Shown: in pieces, positions 10,264-19,314 of the stretch
Layout: every line of letters begins with the position of its first letter
How positions within the stretch are numbered: the stretch's first letter is position 1
Source: an uncultured delta proteobacterium
GTDB taxonomy: Bacteria > Myxococcota > UBA727 > VGSZ01
Assembly: GCA_963775425.1 (NCBI GenBank)
Contig: CAVZJB010000013.1
Coordinates: forward strand, 32,001-96,000
Reading direction: 5' to 3'
DNA: 64,000 nucleotides
Position numbers and translations under genes: made by a program
Notes under the pieces: model-generated
Told to the model about the DNA's origin: nothing
What the model saw: only the letters and a program-made list of their open reading frames with translations
The model's database searches: none

Positions 10264-10500
10264 TCGCGAGCTGGGTCCGCGGCGCACTGTCACGACGTCA
10301 CCGACGATGCTGTCCTGCGGGTGGTGCGTGCCGAGGGCAGCGCGTGCGACTCGCGGTCACGGCGGCGGTCTCGGTCCGGTTGCACACCCTCGGCGTGACC
10401 GCGCACGTGCGCCGCACGCGCGCGCCGGACACGCGACCGCTCGCCGCGCGCCCGTCACGCTCAGCCGCGTTCGAACCCTCGCAGCACCCTGATCGGTGTT

Positions 10501-11034
10501 CTACGCCGTGTCGGGCTCGCGCACGGCCTTCAGCAACAGATCGATGCGCTCCTCGTCGCCCTTCCACGGCGGCAGGAAGCGCGCGCGGCGCTCGGCGCGG
10601 GTGAGCACCAGCGTCGAGGTGGAGCGCGCCAGGCCGTGGCGCTGGGCCTCGCGCAGGAACAGGCGACGCACCGCCAGCGTGCCGATGGCGAACACGGGCA
10701 TCCCGACGATGCCGGCGAGCGTGCCGTAGATGAGCGCCGCGTAGGTCGGGTCCGCCACGCGCAGGACTCCGAAGACGAGCGCGCCGGCGACGGCGGCGGC
10801 GGCGGTGACGCCGAGCTTGATGCGGCGCAGGCCCACCAGCGTCTTCAAGAGCCCGGCGAGGGTGTCGTCGTCGACGTCGCGCACGCGCCGCATCCACGGC
10901 TCTACGAATTGGCCGCCGGAGTGCGCCGCGAACGGCGACGCGAGAACGTTGCCGTGCCCCGGCGGGCGTGCTCCGTCGCCGACGGGCACGCCGAGCTCCG
11001 TCGCGCCGCCCCCCGGCTCGTTCGGCTCGCCCAT
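10501..11034 (-). CDS. Hypothetical membrane protein (2 TM)
   Basis: ATG-started ORF with two hydrophobic segments and normal codon bias. Confidence 0.65.
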   Translation of the reverse strand: MGEPNEPGGGATELGVPVGDGARPPGHGNVLASPFAAHSGGQFVEPWMRRVRDVDDDTLAGLLKTLVGLRRIKLGVTAAAAVAGALVFGVLRVADPTYAALIYGTLAGIVGMPVFAIGTLAVRRLFLREAQRHGLARSTSTLVLTRAERRARFLPPWKGDEERIDLLLKAVREPDTA

Positions 11035-11108
11035 GTCCCGAACATACCGGTCCCGGCGTCGTCGGGCGATGGGCGGTCGCTTGCATGTCTCGACGAGCGC
11101 CGGGCAAC

Positions 11109-12062
11109 ATGACCGTTGTGAACCCGGCGCAATTCCGGCTGCTCCTCGCGGGCCCCAAGGTGTCGCGCCTTCTGCCGTTCTTCACCGCGCGCGGCTACGT
11201 CGCCGACGCCGCCGTCAGCGGCGAAGAGGCGCTCGAGCACATGCGCATGGCCCCGCGCCACGTGCTCCTCGTGGAGCTGGAGCTCGAGGACATGATCGTC
11301 GCCGAGCTGCTCGAGCACGTCCGCGAGGAGAACCTCGCCGGCGCCGTCATCCTCCTCGAAGATCCCGCCAAGAGCGGCCTCATCGTCGCCACGCTGCTGC
11401 GCGGCGTCGACGGCTACGTCGCCACGCCGCCCGACGAGCAGTACCTCTTTCGTCTCATCGAGCGGCAACTGCTCGCCCAGTGGGCCCTCGCGCAGGAGGG
11501 GCAGACCCAGTCTGATCAACGCGACAAGCAGCGGCTCGAAAAGACCCTGCAGCTCGAGCGCGCCAAGGTCACCGAGCTCGTCAAGGAGATCGCTTCGCTG
11601 CGCGAAGAGCTTCACCGCGCGCGCGCCCGCGCCGAGCCGCTCGTGCCGAGCGCCCACAGGGAGATCGAAGAGGTGCTCGACGACGAGAGCGGCACCTTCG
11701 ATCCCGATCTCCCGGCGGACGGCGACTTCTCCGAGCAAGCCACGCAGTTCCGCCCGCAGATCCCCGGCTTCGACGACGCCGCGGCCGAGGAGCTGGCCAT
11801 GCAGAAGACCTCGCCGGCGCGGCAGCCGGCGATGATGGACGACAAGACCTCGCCGAAGGGCTTCAATCCCCTCGACGCGCCCTTCGCCGACATGCCCCAC
11901 ACGCGCCCCATGCCCGCCCAGGGACCGGAGCCGGCGGTGAGCAAGCCCAAGCAGGACGCCCCCGTCGACGACGCCTCGGAATCCGACCTCTTCCTCGACC
12001 TCGACGAGGACACCTCGGAGCTCGACCTCGACGGACTGCGCAAGGCACCGAAGCGCCCGTGA
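11109..12062 (+). CDS. Pseudo-receiver domain protein with coiled coil and acidic disordered tail
   Basis: Receiver-like pattern GY....A.SGEEALE......HVLLVELELEDM, with the catalytic residues degenerate. Confidence 0.7.
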   Translation: MTVVNPAQFRLLLAGPKVSRLLPFFTARGYVADAAVSGEEALEHMRMAPRHVLLVELELEDMIVAELLEHVREENLAGAVILLEDPAKSGLIVATLLRGVDGYVATPPDEQYLFRLIERQLLAQWALAQEGQTQSDQRDKQRLEKTLQLERAKVTELVKEIASLREELHRARARAEPLVPSAHREIEEVLDDESGTFDPDLPADGDFSEQATQFRPQIPGFDDAAAEELAMQKTSPARQPAMMDDKTSPKGFNPLDAPFADMPHTRPMPAQGPEPAVSKPKQDAPVDDASESDLFLDLDEDTSELDLDGLRKAPKRP

Positions 12063-12067
12063 CTGAC

Positions 12068-12097
12068 CGCTCCCTCCGGTCGCTTCCCTCCGGTCGC
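12068..12097 (+). repeat. Dispersed 16-bp intergenic repeat CGCTCCCTCCGGTCGC (two overlapping copies)
   Basis: Further copies at 13474-13489 (1 mismatch) and 15236-15251 (reverse strand). Confidence 0.75.
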
Positions 12098-12100
12098 CTC

Positions 12101-12709
12101 TCAGCGCGTGTGACGCTCGACGCCGGCGGGGATGCCGCCCGCGACGGCGCCTCTCGCCTTGAGCCCGCGCAGCCACAAGAGGCGATCCTGGAACGCCTCG
12201 AGCGCGGCCATGAGCGGCGCCGGGTCGAGGTCGTCGAGGACGGCGAGCGAGCGGGCCACGGCCTCGAGCGTGCTCATGCCGTCGTCGTGCGGCCCCTTGC
12301 GCAGCGCGTACGCCGAGGGGCCGGCGGGCGCGCGCGCGAAGGGGATGCCCTGGGCCGCGAAGCGCTTGCGCATGCGCGCCGCCTGCCGCCAGTTGGCGTC
12401 GAGGACGACGAGGGCCAGGCCCTCCTCGCCGCGAAAGGCCTCGATCGAGCGCGCGCCCGCGACCGGGAAGAGCACCACCGGGCGCCGACCGCGCAGCGCG
12501 CCGTCGACGGCGGCGATCTCGTCGTGAAACACCAGCGCGCTGTTGTCGAGGCAACGCACCGCGAGGCGCCCGGTGTTGGTGGACTTGCGATGCTCGAGCT
12601 TGTGCATCACCACGGTGACGCGGGTGCGGTTGTGCAACCACGGCAGCGACGCACAGATGCACAACGCTTCCTTCAAGAAGCAGCCTTCGCAGCGGGGCGC
12701 GAGCGACAT
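12101..12709 (-). CDS. DTW-domain tRNA-uridine aminocarboxypropyltransferase (TapT/TuaA-like)
   Basis: RCEGC...LCIC zinc motif, HKLE..KSTNTGRL, LDANWRQA (DxTW variant), MSTLEA. Confidence 0.88.
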   Translation of the reverse strand: MSLAPRCEGCFLKEALCICASLPWLHNRTRVTVVMHKLEHRKSTNTGRLAVRCLDNSALVFHDEIAAVDGALRGRRPVVLFPVAGARSIEAFRGEEGLALVVLDANWRQAARMRKRFAAQGIPFARAPAGPSAYALRKGPHDDGMSTLEAVARSLAVLDDLDPAPLMAALEAFQDRLLWLRGLKARGAVAGGIPAGVERHTR

Positions 12710-13462
12710 ATGGCGCACGGCATGGACTCTAACGGCGACGTCGCCGACGCGCTCGTGGCGGCGGCGCGCGACCTCAGCGCGGCGGTCGCCAGGATGCGCT
12801 TCGGCGCGCCCGTGGCGTGCGTCTACAACCCGCTGTCGTACGCGTGGGCCGCCCACGAGCAGTACCTGCGGCGCTACGGCAACGGACGAAAGCGGATCGT
12901 GCTCGTGGGAATGAACCCCGGGCCGTTCGGCATGGCGCAGACCGGCGTGCCCTTCGGCGAGGTCACCGTCGTGACGACGTGGATGAAGATCGACGCGCCC
13001 ATTCACAAGCCCCGGCGCGAGCACCCCGCGCGCCCCGTGCTCGGCTACGCCTGCACCCGCAGCGAGGTGAGCGGCGGGCGGCTGTGGGGCGCCGTCTCTT
13101 TGAAGTTCAAAGACCCCGCGCGCTTCTTCCGCGACCACTTCGTCCTCAATTACTGCCCCCTGCTCTTCCTCGAGGACAGCGGCAGGAATCGCACCCCCGA
13201 CAAGCTGCCGCCGAAGGAGCGGGCCCGCCTCGAGGCCGCGTGCGACGCCCACCTGGCGCGGGCGCTGGCGGCGCTCTCGCCGGCGGTGGTGCTCGGCGTC
13301 GGTGCGTACGCGAAGAAGCGCGTGGAGCGGGTGCGCGGCGATGCCACCTTTCGCGTCGGCATGCTCCCCCACCCGAGCCCGGCCAGCCCGGCGGCGAACC
13401 GGGGGTGGGACCGCCTCGCGCGCGACGCACTTGTGGAACAGGGAATCGAGCCATTTCTCTGA
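12710..13462 (+). CDS. SMUG1-like (family 3) uracil-DNA glycosylase
   Basis: VYNPL.YA, GMNPGPFGMAQTGVPFGE, RSEVSG.RLW, NYCPL.F, HPSPASP; alternative start at 12722. Confidence 0.92.
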   Translation: MAHGMDSNGDVADALVAAARDLSAAVARMRFGAPVACVYNPLSYAWAAHEQYLRRYGNGRKRIVLVGMNPGPFGMAQTGVPFGEVTVVTTWMKIDAPIHKPRREHPARPVLGYACTRSEVSGGRLWGAVSLKFKDPARFFRDHFVLNYCPLLFLEDSGRNRTPDKLPPKERARLEAACDAHLARALAALSPAVVLGVGAYAKKRVERVRGDATFRVGMLPHPSPASPAANRGWDRLARDALVEQGIEPFL

Positions 13463-13473
13463 TTCGGCACGGC

Positions 13474-13489
13474 CGCTCCCTCCGATCGC
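13474..13489 (+). repeat. Copy of the 16-bp dispersed repeat
   Basis: CGCTCCCTCCGATCGC, 11 bp after the SMUG1 stop. Confidence 0.7.
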
Positions 13490-13601
13490 TGGATCGCCCT
13501 GGCGTGGTCGTCTCAAATCGAGGCATTTGTTGCGTCTGTCCCGTCTCGGTCGATTAGCATTGCAGAGGATGATGACGACGGGTGGACAGAAGCCGCGGGG
13601 A

Positions 13602-13838
13602 ATGACCGCCTTTGCTGATCGCGTGTACGACGTGCTGCAGGTGTTCACTGTCTCGCCCTGGAACGTCCTCAAGGTCGAGTGCGGCTGGCGCGGCGTCGAT
13701 CCGCTCACGCTGGACCCGGACCACCTGGAGTCCCTCATCCCGTCTTTGGGCGCCCACGTGGCGCGCATGACCGACGAGGATCACGCCCGCGATCTGATGA
13801 ACCGGCTGCGCGCGCTCCTGCTCGCCCCGGTGGCGTGA
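13602..13838 (+). CDS. Small hypothetical protein
   Basis: 78-aa helical-looking ORF with purine-rich leader and good codon bias. Confidence 0.6.
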   Translation: MTAFADRVYDVLQVFTVSPWNVLKVECGWRGVDPLTLDPDHLESLIPSLGAHVARMTDEDHARDLMNRLRALLLAPVA

Positions 13839-13841
13839 GCG

Positions 13842-14405
13842 TCACCGAAGCAACGGACGCACGCGGCGCACGAGGCCCTGCTCGTTGAGCACGCCGCCGC
13901 TGTCGTCGACGCGGACGGCGCCGTCTCGATCGAGGATCACGAGGCGCGGCACGTAGCTGGCCTCGCCGAGCGCGCTGGTCCCGGCGCGCACGCGGGGGCC
14001 CGCGATCACCACGGCGTGCTTCACGCCGAGCACCTCGGCGTAGCTCTGCAGCGCCACGCGGGCGAGCGACTCGTCGTCGACGAGCACGGTGACGACGAAG
14101 ACCGGCTCGCCGTGGAGCGCGACGGCGACGTCGTCGAGCACCTTCGCGTTGACGTTGCAGGCGGCCGCCCACGAGGTGCAGACGTCGACGACGACGACCT
14201 TGCCGCGGTAGGCGTCGAGATCGCCCCGGTGGCCGGCGGCGTCGCGGAAGTCGATGGTGGCGGCGGGCCGCTCGCGGCCCACCGGCGCCGTCGCGCACCC
14301 CGCGGCACACAGACCGACCGCGAGCGCCACCGCGCCGTAGCGCTGCGTAGCGTACGACGCACTCCGCGCGCGGGCGCCTCGACGCAACTGCCTGCTTTTC
14401 CTCAT
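13842..14405 (-). CDS. TlpA/redoxin-like lipoprotein with non-canonical active site
   Basis: Lipobox-like AAGC; L..YRGKVVVVD, VP.LVILDRDG; WAAAC in place of WCxxC; start uncertain. Confidence 0.7.
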   Translation of the reverse strand: MRKSRQLRRGARARSASYATQRYGAVALAVGLCAAGCATAPVGRERPAATIDFRDAAGHRGDLDAYRGKVVVVDVCTSWAAACNVNAKVLDDVAVALHGEPVFVVTVLVDDESLARVALQSYAEVLGVKHAVVIAGPRVRAGTSALGEASYVPRLVILDRDGAVRVDDSGGVLNEQGLVRRVRPLLR

Positions 14406-14468
14406 GTCGTACACGCAGCCTGCCGCTGGCACCGACCCTGCTGTGTCGCTGCGCCCCCCGGAGGACGC

Positions 14469-14675
14469 ATGACCCGTCAGCTCCACCGCGCCGCCCTCAC
14501 CCGCTTCGCCGTCCGCCTCGGCATCGGCGCCACATTGGCCGCCGGCGTGGTCGCGCTCGCGCTCCCCGGCGGCGTCGCCCCCGTCGCGCTCGCCGTCGGC
14601 GCGGGTGGCCTGGTCGCCCTGTCCGGCCTCGGCTCCGGCCGCCGGCCGCGCTCGCGCGTCACACGCCGCTCCTGA
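14469..14675 (+). CDS. Small membrane protein
   Basis: GGAGG RBS and two hydrophobic stretches. Confidence 0.5.
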   Translation: MTRQLHRAALTRFAVRLGIGATLAAGVVALALPGGVAPVALAVGAGGLVALSGLGSGRRPRSRVTRRS

Positions 14676-14738
14676 TCGCTGAACGCACCCGGTCCTCTCG
14701 ACATCCGAGACGCACCTTACGCACTTCGGGCCCCCGGC

Positions 14739-15143
14739 TCATGCGGTGCGCTCTCCGACGTCGTCGCGCAGCGGGATCGCCTTGCCCTTGCCCTGCTCGT
14801 GCGCCACGGACACGATCGTGCTGATGCCGCCGCGCACGTTGAAGTGCCCGGTGACGACGAGCTTGCGCGGGCCGAGCGCGGCGACGAGGTCGTCGGCGAT
14901 GGTGTTGGTCACCTTCTCGTGGAACGCGCCCTCGTTGCGAAACGACCACAGGTAGCTCTTGAGCGACTTGGACTCGACGCAGAAGCGGTCCGGCACATAG
15001 CGGATCTCGATGCGCGCGAAGTCAGGCTGCCCCGTGAGCGGGCACAGGCAGGTGAACTCCGGGCAGTCGAACGCGATCTCGTAGTCGCGCGCGGGCTCGG
15101 GGTTGTCGAAGCGCTCGAGGAGTCTCGACGGCTGCGTCGCCAT
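14739..15143 (-). CDS. queF: preQ1 synthase (7-cyano-7-deazaguanine reductase), unimodular
   Basis: [39 protein letters not shown]. Confidence 0.96.
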   Translation of the reverse strand: MATQPSRLLERFDNPEPARDYEIAFDCPEFTCLCPLTGQPDFARIEIRYVPDRFCVESKSLKSYLWSFRNEGAFHEKVTNTIADDLVAALGPRKLVVTGHFNVRGGISTIVSVAHEQGKGKAIPLRDDVGERTA

Positions 15144-15235
15144 GGTGGGCGCACGTTATTGAAACCGTCCGTCGAGGCAACGCCCCTCGCTCGATCCGTC
15201 GCTGTGGGCTGCCGTCACAATCGCTATCGTGATCG

Positions 15236-15251
15236 GCGACCGGAGGGAGCG
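15236..15251 (-). repeat. Inverted copy of the 16-bp dispersed repeat
   Basis: GCGACCGGAGGGAGCG in the queF-yidC intergenic region. Confidence 0.7.
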
Positions 15252-15369
15252 GCCGCAGATCCCGGCCTTGTCGCTGGGGCCACGGGGGCGATCTTCAGCG
15301 GACTCCCGCTTGCCGGATGCACCCGGCTCGCATACGCCCTTTCATGATCCATCCGAACCGGAACCCCCT

Positions 15370-17118
15370 ATGAGTATGCAGCCCGGCGGGATGCTCCCCG
15401 GCCTCGAGCCGCAGGGCCCCAACACCAAGCGTCTCCTCACCACGGTCCTCCTCGTCACCGTGATGTGGATCGGCTTCACCTGGCTGATGCCGCAGAAGGC
15501 GCCGCCGCCAAAGCCGACGCCGCCGACGCCCACGGCGACGACGCCCGCGCCGGACACCGGCACGCCCGCGGCCGCCACGCCGCCCGCCGTCGGCGCCGAC
15601 GGCGCGCCCGTGGTCGCCACCGAGGAGGCGCTCCCCGAGGAGAAGCACGTCGTCGAGGCGGACGTCGCCAAGGCGTCCAAGGCGGACACCGTCAGCGTCA
15701 AGGGCGGCTATCGCGCGGAGATCACCAACCACGGCGCCCAGCTCTCCGGCTTCGTGCTCACCGGCTATGACGACGCCGACGACCGGCAAAAGCCCATCGA
15801 CCTCGCCGGCGCAGACTTCCAGGGCGCGCGCATGCTGGCGCTGCGCTCCCGCGGCGGCGACGTGCAGCTCGCGGCGGACGCCTCGTACAAGCTCGTGTCG
15901 TCGGACGACCACCAGGTGGTCTACGAGCGCATGACGCCCTCGGGCGTGCGCGTCACGCGCACGTACACCTTCGACCCCGACAAGTTCGCCTTCACCGACG
16001 AGGTCGTGCTCAAGAACGAGTCGGCGGCCAAGAAGACCGCGCTCCTCGACGTCGTGCTCACCGGCCGGGAGCGCGACAACGAGCGCAGCCAGGGCGGGAT
16101 GTTGTCCGCCAAGACCGACCTGCTCGCCGGCGCCTGCAAGGTGAACGACAAGCGCGAGACCTTCACGTCGAAGAAGGTGGAGGACGAGGCCAAGACCTAC
16201 GCCGGCCCGGTGACCTACGCCGCCATCGACCGCCACTTCTTCCTCGCCGCCCACGTCCTCGATGGTGACACCACCGAGCGCTGCCTCGTGCAGCCGTGGA
16301 AGGTGCAGGCCACCGGGGAGAAGGCGCCCTCGGCGCGCGGCTTCCAGATCGTCGTCGAGCACGCGCCCATCGAGCTTCAGCCCGGCGAGTCCAAGACTCT
16401 CAAGCACGAGAACTACTTCGGCCCCAAGCAGGTGGGCCTGCTGTCGGACTTCGGCCACGACCTCGGCGAGAACATCAACTTCGGCATCTTCGGCGTCATC
16501 AGCCGGCCGATGCTCTGGGTGCTCGTCAAGCTGCACTCCTTCACCGGCAACTTCGGCCTCGCCATCATCATGCTCACGCTGATGATGAAGGCGCTCACCT
16601 TCCCGCTCACGCAGAAGAGCTACGTCTCGATGCAGCAGGTGAGGAAGTTGAAGCCCGAGATCGACGCGCTTCAAAAGAAGTTTGGACATGACCGCACCGT
16701 CATGGGCCAGAAGCAGATGGAGCTCTACAAGGAGAAGGGCGTCAACCCGCTCGCCGGCTGCTTCCCGGTGCTCATCCAGATGCCCATCTGGTTCGCGCTG
16801 TACCGCACGCTGTCGCAGGCGGTGGAGCTGTACCAGCAGCCCTTCGCCCTCGGCATCCTCGACCTCACGGCGCCCGACCACCTCCTGCCGTTCGGCATCT
16901 CGCTGTTGCCCCTCATCGTGGGCGGCCTGATGTTCTTCCAGACCTGGCTGCAGCCGCCGCCCGCCGATCAGCCGCAGATGAAGTACATGATGTGGTTCAT
17001 GCCCGTCATCTTCACCTTCATGATGTTGAGCCTCGCGTCCGGGCTCTCCATGTATATGATTACGAACAGCTTGCTCACCATGGTGCAGCAGCTCTACATC
17101 AAGCGAAAGTACAGATAG
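15370..17118 (+). CDS. yidC: Membrane protein insertase YidC
   Basis: N-terminal TM, periplasmic domain, YFGPK, GNFGLAII.LT, GVNPLAGCFPVLIQMPIWFALY. Confidence 0.96.
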   Translation: MSMQPGGMLPGLEPQGPNTKRLLTTVLLVTVMWIGFTWLMPQKAPPPKPTPPTPTATTPAPDTGTPAAATPPAVGADGAPVVATEEALPEEKHVVEADVAKASKADTVSVKGGYRAEITNHGAQLSGFVLTGYDDADDRQKPIDLAGADFQGARMLALRSRGGDVQLAADASYKLVSSDDHQVVYERMTPSGVRVTRTYTFDPDKFAFTDEVVLKNESAAKKTALLDVVLTGRERDNERSQGGMLSAKTDLLAGACKVNDKRETFTSKKVEDEAKTYAGPVTYAAIDRHFFLAAHVLDGDTTERCLVQPWKVQATGEKAPSARGFQIVVEHAPIELQPGESKTLKHENYFGPKQVGLLSDFGHDLGENINFGIFGVISRPMLWVLVKLHSFTGNFGLAIIMLTLMMKALTFPLTQKSYVSMQQVRKLKPEIDALQKKFGHDRTVMGQKQMELYKEKGVNPLAGCFPVLIQMPIWFALYRTLSQAVELYQQPFALGILDLTAPDHLLPFGISLLPLIVGGLMFFQTWLQPPPADQPQMKYMMWFMPVIFTFMMLSLASGLSMYMITNSLLTMVQQLYIKRKYR

Positions 17119-18666
17119 ATGGGTTTCCGCAAACATCGTCGCCGCGGGGGCGGCGGAGGCGGCTTCGGCGGCCAGCACCAACGCCATCACCACCACGGAT
17201 ACGGCACGGGCGAGCCCAACGGGCTCCAGCCGGGTGACGACGTCGGCAACCGCCGCTCGTTCAAGCCGGTGCAGATCCCCCCCGAGGACCTCGGCAACCG
17301 CAAGGACCCGGACGAGGCCGAGTGGATCCCCGATGAGGACTGCGGCAACCGCATCGACGCCGCGCCCACGCACGCGCTCTCCGGCGTGCTGTTGGACCTC
17401 GACGGCCGGCGCCGTCGCCGGCGCCCCAAGGGCGTGTCCGCGCCCGAGCGCGTGGGCCGCTACTTCGTCGGCGGCGTGAACCCCTTGATCGCGAGCAACG
17501 TGCCGCGCGCGTTCCCGGGCAAGACCCTCGAGGAGTCGATGAACGGCTCGTCCGACGTCCGCGTCGCCGACACGGGCGGCGGCGGCCCCGGCGACGACGG
17601 CTCCGGCGACGGCCTCGACGAGGGCGGCGGCGGGCGCCGGCGCCGGCGCCGCGGGCGCGGCCGTGACCACGTCGACGGCGTGGCCGCGCAAGAGGTGAGC
17701 GAGCGCCGGGCGCAGCGCTTCTTCGACTTCGAGGAGGACGACCGCTTCGACTACACCCTGAAGACCACGGCGGAGCAGAAGCGCAAGGACGCCGAGGACG
17801 CCGTGCGAAACGTCGTCGTCGAGGCGGGGCGCGACGCCACCGTCGCGGCGCGGCTCATCGAGGACGGCGACAAGCCGAAGGTCCTGGTGACCATCGACGA
17901 GCGCGGCCCCGCTCCCTCGCTGCCGCCGCAGCGGCGCTCCGAAAACGCGCAGGAGCCGCTGTTCGTGATGGGGAACGCGGCGTTGATGTCGCTGAACTAT
18001 CTGGCGAACAAGATCGTCAACCGTTTCCCCGACGACCGCATCCGCCTCGCCATCCTGCCCGCGGCCGATCAGAAGCTCTACCTCGACGCGCTCGAGGAGC
18101 ACCGTCGCACGCGGCGGCCGAAGAACGGCGCCACCGCCGCGCCCCTGCCCGCGGCGCCGGCCGGCCGGCCCACGGAGAACGCGCGGGAGGCGGCCGCCCT
18201 CGACGCGGACAACGCCCCGGCGCCCGTCGTGACGGACGAGCCCGCGGAGGAGCCGCCGCTCAACGCGAGCGAGCGGGAGGAGTCCCTGTTCGCCGCGGTC
18301 GACGTCGAGCCGGCGGTGCACGAGGCCGACGACGACGCGCAGAGCGACGACGCGCAGGGCGACGACGCGCAGGGCGACGACGCAGCCGCCGTGGAGGCAG
18401 CGGCCGCGGAGGCAGCGGCCGCGGAGGCAGCGGCCGACGAAGCCGACGAAGCCGGTGAGGCGTCCGCGGCCCCCAAGCGCGCCGCGAAGAAGAAGGCTGC
18501 GGCGAAGGCGCCCGCGAAGGCGCCGGCCAAGGCGCTCGCGAAGGCGCCGGCCAAGGCGGCGCCGAAGAAGGCGCGCGCGAGCGAGGTCGAGGACAAGCCC
18601 AAGCGCCCTCCGGCCAAGCGCGCCCCCAAGAAGGTCGAGGTCGCGCGCGCCCGCCCGAAGGCTTAG
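17119..18666 (+). CDS. Divergent Jag/EloR(KhpB)-like protein with disordered termini
   Basis: Abuts yidC, the usual jag position; ALMSLNYLANKIVNR...RIRL resembles the Jag KH domain; AKAP-repeat tail. Confidence 0.55.
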   Translation: MGFRKHRRRGGGGGGFGGQHQRHHHHGYGTGEPNGLQPGDDVGNRRSFKPVQIPPEDLGNRKDPDEAEWIPDEDCGNRIDAAPTHALSGVLLDLDGRRRRRRPKGVSAPERVGRYFVGGVNPLIASNVPRAFPGKTLEESMNGSSDVRVADTGGGGPGDDGSGDGLDEGGGGRRRRRRGRGRDHVDGVAAQEVSERRAQRFFDFEEDDRFDYTLKTTAEQKRKDAEDAVRNVVVEAGRDATVAARLIEDGDKPKVLVTIDERGPAPSLPPQRRSENAQEPLFVMGNAALMSLNYLANKIVNRFPDDRIRLAILPAADQKLYLDALEEHRRTRRPKNGATAAPLPAAPAGRPTENAREAAALDADNAPAPVVTDEPAEEPPLNASEREESLFAAVDVEPAVHEADDDAQSDDAQGDDAQGDDAAAVEAAAAEAAAAEAAADEADEAGEASAAPKRAAKKKAAAKAPAKAPAKALAKAPAKAAPKKARASEVEDKPKRPPAKRAPKKVEVARARPKA

Positions 18667-18693
18667 CGCGCGCAGGCACGCGGCGGCGGAGCG

Positions 18694-19314
18694 CTACTTC
18701 GAGGCGGTGGCGAGGCGGGCGGCTTCGGCGTCGTCGATGAGGTGGCCCATGCGGCGGCCCTTCACCTCGAGGTAGCTGCGCGCCGGCCCGGGGACGTGGA
18801 CGAGGTGCGGCACGCGGCGGGCGACGCTGATGCCGGCCTCCTCGAGGCCCTCGACCTTGAGCGGGTTGTTGGTCAGCAGCGCCACGGAGCGCACGCCGAG
18901 CTCCCCGAGGATGGCGGCGGCGACGGCGTAGTCGCGGGCGTCGTCGGGGAAGCCGAGGAGGCGGTTGGCGTCGACGGTGTCGTAGCCCTGCTCCTGCAGC
19001 GCGTACGCGCGGATCTTGTTGCCGAGGCCGATGCCCCGGCCCTCCTGGCGCAGATAGACGACCACGCCGCGGCCGCGGCGGGCGACGAGGTCGAGGGCCC
19101 GGTCGAGCTGCTGTTTGCAGTCGCACTTGAGGCTCCCGAGGACCTCGCCGGTGATGCACTCGGAGTGCACGCGGCACAGCACGTCCTCGCCGGCGACGTC
19201 CCCGGCGACCAGGGCGAGGTGCTCGACGCCGCCCGCGGCGCGGTAGACGACACACCGCAGCGCGCCGTGCACCGTGGGGAGGATGGTCTCTGCGTAGCGT
19301 TCCAGTGTGTCCAC
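18694..19314 (-). CDS. ribA: GTP cyclohydrolase II
   Basis: RVHSECITGEVLGSLKCDC, YLRQEGRGIGL.NK, LLTNNP.K. Confidence 0.95.
   Translation of the reverse strand: MDTLERYAETILPTVHGALRCVVYRAAGGVEHLALVAGDVAGEDVLCRVHSECITGEVLGSLKCDCKQQLDRALDLVARRGRGVVVYLRQEGRGIGLGNKIRAYALQEQGYDTVDANRLLGFPDDARDYAVAAAILGELGVRSVALLTNNPLKVEGLEEAGISVARRVPHLVHVPGPARSYLEVKGRRMGHLIDDAEAARLATASK

Noticed and set aside
10330-10403. Crossing inverted repeats (GCCGAGGG/CCCTCGGC and CGCGGTCACG/CGTGACCGCG) as a structured RNA
   Set aside because: Short GC-rich stems are expected by chance at this composition, and there is no covariation evidence.
14739-15143. queF as part of a 7-deazaguanine DNA modification (dpd) system
   Set aside because: No dpdA/tgt, queC, queD or queE nearby; ordinary queuosine synthesis is the simpler explanation.
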